Positions 26,400 through 38,560 of a DNA stretch of 60,000 bases are shown piece by piece. The DNA is from Mobula hypostoma (Eukaryota). The stretch spans positions 69,318,001 to 69,378,000 of the forward strand of contig NC_086097.1 of NCBI RefSeq assembly GCF_963921235.1, read 5' to 3'. The notes under the pieces were generated by a model. It had not been told where the DNA came from. It saw only the letters and a program-made list of their open reading frames with translations, and ran no database searches. Made by a program: the position numbers and the translations under genes. Within the stretch, counting starts at the first letter, position 1. The number at the start of each line of letters is the position of its first letter.

Positions 26400-27090
26400 T
26401 ATAGAATCATAGAAAAGTACAGCACAGAAACAGGCCCTTCGGCTCATCTAGTCCATGCCGAACTATTTAAACTGCCTACTCCCTGAGAACTGCACTAGGA
26501 CCATAGCCCTCCATATTCCTACCAGCCACATACCTATCCAAACTTCTCTTAAAATTTGAAATCAAGCTTGCATGCACCACGTGTGCTGGCAGCTCATTCC
26601 ACACTCTCACGATCTTCTGAATGAAGAAGTTTCCCCTCATGTTCCCCTTAAATTTTTAACCTTTCACCCTTAACACATGAACACTGGTTGTAGTCCCACC
26701 CAACCTCAGTGGAAAAAGACTGCATTTACCCTATCTACAACTTTCATAATTTTGTATATCTCTATCAAATCTCCTCTCAGTCTTCTACATTCTAAAGAAT
26801 AAAGTCCTAAGCTATTTAATCTTTCCTTGTAACTCAGGTCCTCCAGACCCAGCAAATTACTTGTAAATTTTCTCTGTACTCTTTGAACCTTTTTTTTCTT
26901 GACTATAGATAGCAACCAAAACTGCACCAATACCAATACTCCAAATTAGGCCTCGCCATGTCTTATACAACGATCATCCGCAAATTTGCTGATCCAGTTA
27001 ACCACATTATCATCCAGATCGTTGATGTAAATGACAAACAACAAAGGACTCAACACTCCACTGAGTCCCTGTGGCACGCTACTAATCACT
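26400..27090 (-). mobile_element. CR1 LINE 3' fragment
   Basis: VQRKFT..LGLEDLSYKERLNSLGLYSLECRRLRGDLIEIYKIM. Confidence 0.85.
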
Positions 27091-27335
27091 AGAAAATAAT
27101 AGTACTGTATTTTTTTTTCTCTTTGAAGGAACCAGAAAAACTTACTTTAATTTATAAAGTTAATACAACGCCCAAATACCAACATATGATGCAGGCATGA
27201 ACATACACCTCAACAGTATCTGGAAACTGAATCTGAAAATCTATTCAACTCTCCTATTCAGAGATACACAAGAAGTGGATAAGTGAAAATATCATACTGT
27301 TGCACTTTTCTCACACTAAGGCATAGATTATCTAC

Positions 27336-28126
27336 TGTCATGTGTGACGCCAAGCAGAGCTACCGGATGGATGATGCTAATGAGGGAGATAACGGAAGAC
27401 AATGGAGAAACATTCAAAATGCTAATGAGAGAAGAGAGAGATTAACGAGAAAGAAACACAATTCAGATATTGACAGACCGTTTGCTTTGAACCTGAACTG
27501 TTTGAAGTTTGATGGACAGGTGATACCCCAGCAGGGGGATAAAAAGAGCAGGTTTGCTAAGGCACAACACACCACGATACCCTGGAAAGAGCAGTGTGCC
27601 CCCACGAGTTAGTGGGAGGACCGGTTCCCAGGAATCTGTCAGAGGCTCACAGGGTGTAAAGGTACGATCGGTGGGAACCTGGGGTGTGCGTCCGCCCTTG
27701 CCTGGGTGCCGGATTCACTGCGGAAGAACGATCGTATCCCGAACGGAGGGGGTCACAGTCGGTGACCACAGCGGGATCAGAAAACATCAAAAGGACTGCC
27801 CGAAACCAACCGTATATCTCTCTCTCCCCTCCCCCAACGGTACAACAACTGCGATTACTTCAAACTGCATAATCTGAACTGAACTCTGCTTTACTTAAGA
27901 CTGATCGTTTTACCCCTGGACTGTGATAGAGCTTGGTTGATTCCTATTACCCTATTTCTGTGTATATGTGTGTATTATCATTGCTAACCTGTTACATTTA
28001 TATCCTTGCAATTAGTGTACTGTATTACTTATTTCTTTAATAAAACTTTTAGTTCCTAGTAATCACAGACTCCAATGAGCGTTCCATTTCTGCGGGTTTG
28101 GCAACCCAGTTACGGGGTACGTAACA
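27336..28126 (+). mobile_element. Solo LTR (791 bp), Gypsy-like
   Basis: Begins TGTCA and ends TAACA; 4-bp TSD ctac at 27332-27335 and 28127-28130; AATAAA at 28039; many CpGs retained. Confidence 0.85.
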
Positions 28127-28165
28127 CTACACATACTCATCCAGTCAGATTCATGTTGAATTATA

Positions 28166-28326
28166 AACAAGAGAAAATCTGCAGATGCTGGACATCCAAG
28201 CAACACACACAAAATGCTGGAGGAACTTAGCAGGCCAGGCAGCATCCATGGAAAAGAGTACAGTCAACATTTCGGGCTCAGACCCTACAGCAGGACTGGC
28301 CTGCCGAATTCCTCCAGCATTTTGTG
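28166..28326. mobile_element. Penelope pLTR fold-back insertion with a 14-bp TSD
   Basis: TSD catgttgaattata at 28152-28165 and 28327-28340; inversion immediately after ...caggact. Confidence 0.85.
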
Positions 28327-28569
28327 CATGTTGAATTATATGCAGCTTCTATATCACATCTTATTGATGTGATTCAGAGTCCAAAGCAAGCTTACCATGA
28401 TGCAGCTCTACTTGGAATAATAATTCTACAATTTAAACAGTTAACGATATCGCCATCCTACATAGTTTGTTTCATTTCATTTGAGTTGGATTTTTCAATT
28501 TTGTATCTATTAATGTAACTATCTTAAATAGATACAACTGTTGTTTTGTTGAATAAGCTTACAGTCATA

Positions 28570-28815
28570 TGGGCAGCATACTGGAATGGCACAGCATTAC
28601 TGACCAGAGTTTCAAACCCAATCTCAGGTGCTGCCTGTTTGTACTTTGCACTTCCTCCCAGTGACCATGTGAGTTTTTTGCCACATCCAAAAAACTAGAG
28701 ATTGATAGGTTAATTTGTCGCTGTAAACATGTACGCGAGTGGCTGAATCTGGAGGGAACTGTAAGAAGTTAGTACTAACTAGGCAGGCTGATGGGCTAGT
28801 TACCTTGCTGTATGC
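28570..28815 (+). repeat. Decayed tRNA-derived V-SINE-like element
   Basis: B-box-like gagtttcaaaccc; core ctcccagtgaccatgtgagttttttgccacatccaaa. Confidence 0.5.
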
Positions 28816-29536
28816 CTCAAAACGGTTGGAAGCCCTACACAAATTTCAGGAACCCAGCAGGTGCTTCCCACATAATCCACTGCTAGTTTCAAATTATAAC
28901 CTTGGATAAAATTTTAAAGCTGCTTTTCTTCTTTCTACTATTAGCCACACAATTGCACAGAAAAATACTCTTGAACTGTATGTTGCAATCTCCAATAACG
29001 ACTAAAATGTTGTAACATTTACAGTAGTGGATTACCCATGGCATTACATTGCCAATCCAGAATTAGTTCCAGTTCAAGAAGTTTACAGGAGTTACAATTC
29101 AAGGTCATAAGTAAATTAAGTTTCCCTCAGACATAGGCTGCATAGAGTCAGACATTAAATTGTAACTGCAGATCATTATCAAATAATTGCTACATCAGCG
29201 CTGACAAGATTAAGATGGGTTACAATGTCCCAACTAGCTGTGTCCTCATTCTTTGTGTCCCAGCTTACAGTATATATCAGGAATTAGTTGCTTATAAAAA
29301 GTCCTTTACAGTTTCTAAGCTGCTATGGAATTGTGCATCATTCAGTAGTTAATTTTTCCTTGAAGAGAAGAAATATAGAAAATTGGTAGAAAAAGAAACT
29401 ATAACAAAATTTGACTTATTCAATTTCATACCAATTGCCTTATCCAGTAAAAGTTTTAGTCCATCAAGTCTCTGTAGTTATTTTCTCTACACATATGCTG
29501 GTTTTCCTTTATTTTACTACTGCTTTCCTACAAATA

Positions 29537-31142
29537 CAGGTTTCCCCCACCATCCGAAGGTAGAGCGTTCCTATGAAACAGTTCATAAGCCAGAAGGTCG
29601 TAAAGCGAAGAAGCAATCACCATTTATTTATATGGGAAAAATTTGTGAGCGTACGCAGACCCAAAAATAACCTACCGAATCATGCCAAATAACACATAAA
29701 ACCTAAAATAACAGTAACATATAATAAAAGCAGGAATGATATGATAAATACACAGCCTATATAAAGTAGAAATACTTCTCTACAATCTTTGCCTGCACTG
29801 TTCTCCGTAGCGAAAGTCTCATGCAAGCGCTCTTGGCAGAAACACGGCGCAAGCACTCTCCAGTAACCTTTAAGCTATGAAGCTGACAAATCATACCAAA
29901 TAACGCATAAAAATACACAGCCTATATAAAGTAGAAATACTGTATGTACAGTGTAGTATTACTTACGGGAATCAGGAAGACAGCGCCAAGCACACTGATG
30001 ATGGCGTGTTAGGCTGAATCGGAGGTTGGGGTGGTGCAGTGGTCCCCACCCTCCGGGCAGCGAACCAATACCGATCCGCGAAGCATGCAGGGGTGCAGCG
30101 GTAGCCGGGAGGCACCCAGCACGTCTTTAAGAAAAAAGCCGAAATAAACAAGCTAATTAATTAGGTGCTGCCCAGCACGTAAATGTCGGCCCAGATCAGA
30201 GGCGACACACCAGCAATTGCCTCTGACCTGGGCCGACATTTACGTGCCGGGCGACACCTAATTAATTAGCTTGTTTATTTCGGCTTTTTTCTTAAAGACG
30301 TGCTGGGTGCCTCCCAGCTACCGCTGCATTTTTCATGGATCGGTATCTGTCCATGGCCCGGGGGTTGGGGTGTCAGGGCACTGGGGTGTCATCAAGTCAA
30401 CTTCTTCTATGTCTGCCTGCCTCGATGTCGAAGGTCGAGGTTTGTCATCTGCTGTGGCTGATGTGGAAGGCTTGAAAAACGACAGTATGCTTGCCTGCTA
30501 GCCTCGCGCATTTGTCTATCATACAGTTCTTTGTAAGCACTCAAACCATCCTGCAAATATACCCTAAACTGACGTACCCTTTCAAAATTAAAGTTGTACT
30601 TTATCATTGCAGCGAAAATCTCATGCAGTTGCTTCATGTGTTCAGTTCCTGGATGACTTCATTTTCGGTCCGTTCGCTACTACATTCGGTTTCGATTGTT
30701 ATCCTTTCCTCTTCCAATTGCATCAGCTCTTCATCTATCAGTTCTTGGTCATGGGATGCCAAACCTCTTCAACATCATCTTCGTCAACTTCCACAAGCCA
30801 AACTCACTTTGTCCTTACTTCGTTCACCACGATCGAAACGCTTAATTATGTCTAGTTTTACGCTAAGTGTAACACCCTTACGAGCTGTTTTAGGCTTTTC
30901 CGATACCTTAGAACTCATCTTGCTAATGGCTGCTCACAGGCACGTGTTTAAGCAATGCCGGCTAGAATGCCGTTCCGAATCCGGGGGACAGCAGCTGCTT
31001 GGGGCGTGTGCTACTTTTTTCTCGCACGCTGCTTTTTTCATAAGTGAAAACACCTCTTGTTAGCGAAAACAGGGAACTAATGTAGGTCTTTCATAACAGT
31101 GAGGTTTCATAAAGCGAATGTTCGAAAAGCAGGGGACACCTG
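29537..31142 (-). mobile_element. Non-autonomous Tigger/pogo DNA transposon (internal-deletion derivative)
   Basis: TA|caggtttcccc...ggggacacctg|TA; N-terminal CENP-B/psq-like MSSKVSEKPKTARKGVTLSVKLDIIKRFDRGE at ~30800-30918 joined directly to the C-terminal remnant (30407-30637); DDE domain absent. Confidence 0.88.
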
Positions 31143-31412
31143 TAACTTAGATAGCAAAATGAAAAAAAATCCATGGATTCCATTTGAAAAATTATTCATA
31201 TCAGAGAATCCCATTTCTAAATACTTCCTCTGCAAACAAATTTTCTTGCAATTAGAAGGTAGAAAGTCCTTCATAACCCAAATTCAACAATGCTATTTTT
31301 AGCTGCTACAGAAATTAAATATCATGCAATAATATGAATAAAATTATGTATTCCCAATACAGTTTTAATCATGAACCTAAAACAAGACATATTTTCCATA
31401 AATTGTACTTAC

Positions 31413-31498
31413 AGGAACATTAACTTTCTGAAACATCTTTGCTGCTCGCTGTGCATCCAACAAAGCAATGTCCTGGGGAGTAGAAACAATAACAGCTC
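31413..31498 (-). CDS. NUBPL: NUBPL coding exon 8 (86 nt)
   Basis: ctttag|(G)[28 protein letters not shown]|gtaagt. Confidence 0.96.
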
Positions 31499-31548
31499 CT
31501 AAAGGCAAGTACAGTAAATTCCATTAGAGTGCCATCTTTCTGAAGTTA

Positions 31549-32712
31549 CAGTGCCTTGTAGAAATATTCAGTCCCCAACCATATGTTCACATAAATGGGC
31601 ATTACAACCAGGGATCTTGATCAATTTAACTGAAATTTTATTTGTAGATCACATGCTCTCCTTTTCACAGCAGATTCCAAAAAAAAGGGTAAAATAGTGA
31701 AGCATGAAAAACTAAAAATTCAAAAACTGAAATGTCAGCAGGTCAAAAGTATTCATCCCCCATTCCCCAGTACTGTACTTAGTTGAACCGCCTCTTATAG
31801 CTATTACGGCCAGTAGTCTTTTTGGAAAAGACTCTATTAGCTTTGCACAACGTGATGGAGCAAAATTTACCCACTCCTCCTTCCAAAATTGCTCAAGCTG
31901 TGCCAGGTTAGTCGGGGAGTGGCAGTGGACAGAAATCTTGAGGTCTTGCCAGAGATGTTCGAACGTGTTAAGGTCAGGGCTCTTACTGGCCACTCTTCTT
32001 TTTCTTCTTCATTTGAAGCCACTCCATGGTTGCTCTGGCAGTGTGTCATTGTCCTGTTGAAAGACAAACTATCTCCATAGTTTAAGCTTTCTAAGAGAGG
32101 CTGGCAGGTTTTTATCCCGGATTTCTATGTATTTAGCAACATTCATTTTCTCATCAATCATGACCAGATTTCCAGCACCATACTTTATAGTTGGGATGGT
32201 TTTCCCGGCTGATGTGCAGTATAAGATTTACATCACACATACTGCTAAAAAAAAACATATCCTTGCCCATCAAGATTTTCCAGTGCCACTTAGAAGATAT
32301 TGTAAAGATCTGGAAGAAATTCCTGTGGTCGGATGAGGCTAAAGTGGAACTTTTTGGTCTCAACACCAAACTGTGCATGTGGCGTAAATCTAAGCAATTT
32401 TCAGCAACGTTGCAAGGCGAAATGGGCAAATTTTGCTCAATCACATTGTGCAAAGCTAATGCAGACTAAACTAAAAAGACTACTGGTTGTCATAGCTGCG
32501 AGAGGTAAGGATAGTGCAAAGGATAGTAGATACTTTTTAACTGCAGACATTTCAGATTTTGAACTGTTATTATTTTTTTTCATGCTTTACAATTTATCCA
32601 AGGAGCATACGATTCACAAATTAAAATCTCAGTTAAATTGATCAAAATCCCTAGTTGTAATACCCATTTATATGAACAAAGGGTTGAGGGCTGATACTTT
32701 TACAAGGCATTA
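31549..32712. mobile_element. Tc1-derived fold-back element made of two opposed transposase 3' ends
   Basis: TA|cagtgccttgta...tacaaggcatta|TA; SPDLNTFEHLW...CAKLIESFPKRLLAVI on (-) and CAKLMQTKLKRLLVVIAARG on (+). Confidence 0.82.
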
Positions 32713-33224
32713 TAAATAAAAGCATTTCAGAAACTGCATAAAATGAATTCTCAATTATGAAGTCTCAAGTATGGGCATTTTTAGCAATGTCATGGTTTAA
32801 AAAATGCTTCTTTTCTATCTAGTCCAGCTATGTAAAGCTACAGCTGAGTACTTTGAAATTGGCTGAAGATCTTGAATCTGTAGCAATAAAATCTGCTGGA
32901 GGAAGCCAGTGGTTTCCTAAGGCAAGGTTTTGACCTGAAGCATCGACAATTCCTCCCTCTCCTCCCCACTATTCCTACTCCCTGATGCTATTTGACTCAC
33001 TGAGTTTCTCTTGCAGGTTGTTTGCTGTTTTAAATATTTTACTTTATTTTTTAGTCAAGGTAATGATACTGATAATTCATATTTCAAGCAGTATTTATTG
33101 AATAGTAAAAATAAGAAAAAACTAAAAATACACAAGAGGCCAGGCTAGCATATATGGAAAGAGAAAAGGAGCTGATATTGTATGTTGATAAGCTTCCATT
33201 GGAATATGGAAATGTTAGAAATCA

Positions 33225-33585
33225 AACAGCTGTGAATGGAGTGCCACAGGGGTCAGAGCAGGGCCTGAAAATACTCACGATCTACGTTAATGCTTTGGAA
33301 GAGAGGACCAAGCATAGTGTTCTCAGGTTGCTGATAACAGTGAACGGAGTGGAAAAGAAAACTGTGCAGAGGATGCAGAGAGATGTAGACAGGTTAAGTG
33401 AGTGGGCAAGGGTCTGGCATATGGAGTACAGCACTGGTAAATGTGAGACCAGCCATTTTGGAAGGAAAAATAGACGACCAGATTGTTTTTTTAAATTGTG
33501 AAAGATTGTACCACACTGTTGTGCAAGGGAACTTGGGAGTGATTGTACGTGAATCGCAAAAGGTTGATTCACAGGTGCATTAGGT
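33225..33585 (+). mobile_element. CR1 LINE RT fragment
   Basis: NGVPQGS...MQRDVDRLSEWARVWHMEYSTGKCE. Confidence 0.8.
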
Positions 33586-33619
33586 TCAAAGTTCAAATAA
33601 ATTTATTATCAAAGTACAT

Positions 33620-34118
33620 TTGAGATGAGCTACAACCTGATTTGTAGCTCAGGTTGTGGATGTTGTTGTTGAGTAGCTCGGAGAGCTGGCTTGTTAACTT
33701 GCAGACGTTTCATTACCCAGCTAGACAACATCATCAATGCAACTTCGAATGAAATGTTGGTGATCGACACCGTTCATCTTTTATGTGTCCTGTGATTGGC
33801 ACGCGCGCATATGTGTGCGTGTGTGTGTGTGTGTGTATATATATATACACACACACACAAAACGACATAACGGTCAACTGGTCGACTAACAGCCAGGATA
33901 ACAATTATCACCTAACCAGATTTTAATGAGCCAATCCCAGATTACATAATCGATAACCCATAGAAATGGCATACACACACACAAATCACAGGAGACATAA
34001 AAATGAACAATGTAGATCACTAACATTTCACTCGAAGTTGCACTGATGATGTTGCCTAGTTGGGTAACGAAATGTCTGCAAGCTAACAAGCCAGCTCGCA
34101 GAGCCACTCAACAACAAC
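33620..34118. mobile_element. Second Penelope-family fold-back insertion (inverted pLTRs) with a 15-bp TSD
   Basis: TSD attatcaaagtacat at 33605-33619 and 34119-34133; diverged inverted arms at ~33660-33797 and ~33983-34120. Confidence 0.85.
34038..34081 (+). ncRNA. Type I hammerhead ribozyme, second family
   Basis: UUGCA-CUGAUGA-uGUUGCCU aguu GGGUAAC-GAAAU-GUC^UGCAA; mirror copy at 33699-33742 (-) has a C3U core change. Confidence 0.75.
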
Positions 34119-34289
34119 ATTATCAAAGTACATATATGCATGTTACCACATACTACCTTGAGATTCAATTTTTTGCAGGCATTTACATGAAAAAAAGAAA
34201 TAAAATAGAAACTATGAAAAACCATACATAAACAAAGACTGACAAACAACCAATATGCAAAACAAGACGAACTATGAAAATTTTAAAAA

Positions 34290-34875
34290 TATAGAAACAT
34301 AGAAACTAGGTGGAGTAGGCCATTCAGCCCTTCAAGTCTGCACTGCCATTCAGTACGATCATGGCTAATCATCCAACTCTGAACCCTGTACCTGCCTTCT
34401 CTCCATACCCGCTGATCCCTTTAGCCACAAGGGCCATATCTAACTCCCTCTTAAATATAGCCAATGAACTGGCCTCAACTGTTTCCTGTGGCAGAGAATT
34501 CCACAGATTCACCACTCTCTGTGTGAAGAAGTTTTTCCTAATCTCGGTCCTAAAAGGCTTCCCCTTTATCCTCAAACTGTGACCCCTCGTTCTGGACTTC
34601 CCCAACATCGGCAACAATCTTTCTGCATCTAGCCTGTCCAATCCCTTTAGGATTTTATACGTTTCAATAAGATCCCCCCTCAATCTTCTACATTCCAACA
34701 AGTATAAGCCTAGTCGATCTAGTCTTTCATCATATGAAAGTCCTGCCATCCCAGGAATCAATCTGGTGAACCTTCTTTGTACTCCCTCTACGGCAAGAAT
34801 GTCTTTCCTCAGATTAGGGGACCAAACTGCACACAATACTCCAGGTGTGGTCTCACCAAGGCCTTGTACAACTGC
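34290..34875 (-). mobile_element. CR1 LINE 3' fragment
   Basis: WSPNLRKDILAVEGVQRRFTRLIPGMAGLSYDERL. Confidence 0.9.
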
Positions 34876-34899
34876 AAAGAATAAGGAGAACATGTAGAT

Positions 34900-36075
34900 G
34901 AGTGTGAGGTCATAAAATCAGTTCAGAGTTGTGGTGAGTGAAAATATCCAGTGGTTCAGGAGCCTTATGGTAAAAGGGTAATAGCCATTCCTGAACCTGG
35001 TGGTTTGGGACTTCAGACTTCTGTACCTCCTGCCCAATGGTAGTAGCGAGAAGAGATCATGGCCTGGATAGTGAGGGACTTGGATGATGGATGCTGGTTT
35101 CTTGTGGCAGCGCACATGTAAATATACTCAGTTATGGAGAGGGCTTTGCCCATGATGGACTGGGGCATCCACCACTTTCTGTAGTCATTTCCATTCCTAG
35201 TCATTGGTGTTTCCATAAGAGGCCATGATGCAACCAGTTAGGAGACTCGCCACTGTGCACCTATAAAAGTTTGTCAGAGCTTTTGGTAACATGCAGAATC
35301 TATGCAAACTTCTAAGTAGAGGAACTGTCGTGCTTTTTTTTTTATGACAGCACTTACATGATGGTACCCGGACAGATCCTCTGATACATTAATGCCAAGG
35401 AATTTAAAGCAACTGACCCTCTTCACCTCCAATCCCTGAATAAAGACTGGCTCCTACTAGCCAATAAGTATCTCTTTAATTTTGCTGATGTTGAGAGAGA
35501 GAGGTTGTTGTGGCACCACTCAACCAGATTTTCAATATTCCTCCAATATGCCAATTTGTCATCACCTTTGATTCAGCCAACAGTGGTGTCATCAGCAATC
35601 TTAATTATGGCGTTGGAGTTGTACTTAACCTCACAGTCACAAGTACTACACAAGTAGAGCAGGAAGCTGAGCACACAGCCTTTTTGTGCACCTGTACTGA
35701 TGGTGATTGTGGAGGACATGTTATTGACAATCTGTACTGACTGGGGTCTGCAAGTGAGGAAATCCAGGATCTACTTACACAAAGAGGTATCAATACCCAG
35801 ATCTTGGAGCTTTGTGATGAGTTTTCAGGAAATGATAGTATTGTGCGCTGAGCTGTAGTCAATGAATAGCTTCCTGATGTATGCATCTTCATTGTCCAGA
35901 ATTGCAGAACCAATGAAGTGGCATCTGCTATTAACTTGTGACAATAAACAAACTGGAGTGAATCCAGGTCGCTCAGGCAGGGGTTGCTATGCTTCATGAC
36001 CAACCGCTCGAAGCACTTTATCACAGTGCATACAAGTGCTACTGGACAATAGTCATTGGGGAAGGTTACCATGTT
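34900..36075 (-). mobile_element. Rex1/Babar LINE RT fragment
   Basis: NDYCPVALVCTVIKCFERLVMKH; KPASIIQVPHYPGHDLFSLLP. Confidence 0.8.
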
Positions 36076-36605
36076 CTTCTCGGTTATTACGGCAAAAGCA
36101 ACGTTGGCCTTCCTTACCAGAGGGGTTCTATTTAAGAGCAGGAAGATCATGTGGCAACTGTACAGGGTACTGGTGAGATGGCACCTGGAGTACTGTCAGC
36201 AGTTCTGGTCTCCTTACTTGAAGGAAAATATACAGGCTTTGGAGACAGGGCAGAAGAGGTTCACCAGGTTGATTCCTCAGATTTGGGGTTTAGCCTATGA
36301 AAGTTGTTTCTGCTGATAAGTAAAACTAGAATTAGGGAACATAGCTTCAAGATTCAGAGGAATAGAATTAGCACAAAAATGAGCAGAACCTGCTTTTCTC
36401 AGAGAATAGTGAATCTGCGGAATTCCCTGCCCAGGGAAGCAGTAGAGACTACCTCATAAAATACATTTAGGACACAGATATATTTTTTGCATAGCAGGAG
36501 AACTTAGGCAGGTAGAGCTGAGCCAACAGCCAGATCAGCCATCTTACTGAATGGCATAGCAGACTTGATGGCCTAATCCTTCTCCTATTTCTTATATCTT
36601 ATGTT
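36076..36605 (+). mobile_element. CR1 LINE 3' fragment
   Basis: LYRVLVRWHLEYCQQFWSPYL. Confidence 0.8.
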
Positions 36606-37249
36606 CTAAAGCAATAATGCTGAAACTGTGAAATACAACACCTTGCAGCTGCAAGAAATTGGAAATAAAGTGAATGCTGAAAGTACAAACAGCACTGTGG
36701 AAGGTAAGCAGAAGACTTAAAATTACAGGCTTATAAACCTTCATCAGGACTGCCTAGTACTGATGAAACCAGAAAGGCTGGTTCTCTGAAATTTTGGAAT
36801 TTGCTGTTGAGGCCTGAGGATTACAACCTGTCCAGATGGAAGGTGAAGCACTTTTTCCTCCTGAATTTTGGTTTACTAACCTTTCTCAGCCAATGTTATC
36901 ATAATTTAGGACCATCGATCTTGGTCTCAATTTCCTTTATTTTATGCACTGGTCTATTTTCCTGCAATATTGATTTCTAACTTTTCCTAGATAAGATGAA
37001 AGATTAAAGACTATCGACCCCAAACATCAATTGTTTCTCAGTCCAGAAATGTTGCTTGAGCATTAAACATTTCCAGTAGTTTCTTTATTGTTTTAAATTT
37101 GCTTATCAATTGACTGAAAAAGAGATGTGATGACAAAGCAGTTCTTTGTATAGTAGCCAGATCGATGCCAGATCAGGCTGAGATGTTGGGAATCACAGAA
37201 CAAAGCAGCACAGTGAAGGAAGGTCATGCAATGACACCTGGTCAGTACC

Positions 37250-38560
37250 AATTGAATTGAATTGACTTTATTACTTACATCCTTCACATACACGAGGAGT
37301 AAAACTCTTAACATTACATCCCCGTGTAAAAGTAATTTGTAATAAATAGCATGTACAATAGGACCGTCAATATAACTTAGAAAGACAACTCTATCAGTGT
37401 GAATTAATCAGTCTGATGGCCTGGTGGAAGAAGCTGTCCCAGAGCCTGATGGTCCTGGCTTTTATGCTGTGGTACAGTTTCCTGGATGGTAGCAGCTGGA
37501 ACAGTTTGTGGTTGGGGTGACTTGGGTCCCCACTATTTCTTCTGGCCCTTTTTACACACTTGTCTTTGTAAGTGTCCTGAATAGTTGGAAGTTCACATCT
37601 ATAGATGTGCTGGGCTGTCCGCACCACTCTCTGCAGAGTCCTGCGATTGACGCAAGTATAGTTCCCCTACCAGGCAGTGATGCAGCCAGTCAGGATGCTC
37701 TCAACTGTGCCCCTGTAGAAAGTTCTTAGGATTTGGGGGCCCACACCAAACTTCTTCAACCATCTGAGGTGAAAGAGGCACTGCTGTGCTTTTTTTAAAC
37801 CACACAGCCAGTATGTACACACCATGTGAGATATTCAGTGATGTGTATCCTCAGGAACTTAAAGCTGCTCACCCTCTCAACCCGAAATCCATTGATGTCA
37901 ATAGGGGTTAGCTTGTCTCCTTTCCTCCTGTAATCCACAACCAGCTCCTTTGATTTTGCGACACTGCGGGAGAGGTTGTTTTCTTGACACCACCATGTGA
38001 GGGTGATGACTTCTTCTCTGTAAGCTGCCTCGTTATTATTTGAGATTTGGCCAATCAATGGAGTATTGTCAGCAAATTTAATTAGCAGATTGGAGCTGTG
38101 GGTGGAAACACAGTCATGGGTATACAGAGAGTAAAGATGGGGGCTTAGGACACAGACCTGAGGGGCACCTGTGTTGAGGGTCAGAGGGGCAGAGATGAGG
38201 GAGCCCACTCTTACCACCTGTCGACGATCTGACAGGAAGTCCAGGATCCAGCTACCCAAGGCAGATTGAAGGCCGAGGTCTCTGAGCTTCTTGTCGAGCC
38301 TGGAGGGAATTCTGATGTTGAATGCGAAACCGTAGTCCGAGAACAGCATTCTCACAGAAGCATCCTTCTTCTCCAGATGTGTAAGGACAGTGTGTAGAGC
38401 TGTGACAATTTGTGTCACCTATCGATCAGTTATGTCGGTAGGCGAATTGTAGGGAGTCCAGTGTGGGTGATAGCAAGCTGCAGATGTAGTCCTTGACCAG
38501 CCTCTCAAAGCATTTGCTTATTATTGAGGTGAGTGCGACAGGATGCCAGTCGTTCAGACA
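37250..38560 (-). mobile_element. Rex1/Babar LINE (RT domain to 3' tail)
   Basis: 207-aa ORF TALHTVLTHLE...TGAPQVCVLSP...IKFADN; (aattg)n tail. Confidence 0.9.

Noticed and set aside
30491..31063. 190-aa plus-strand ORF
   Set aside because: Antisense shadow of the Tigger transposase remnant; no recognisable domain.
33812..33858. (TG)n(TA)n(CA)n self-complementary microsatellite
   Set aside because: Ordinary dinucleotide expansion inside the Penelope insertion.
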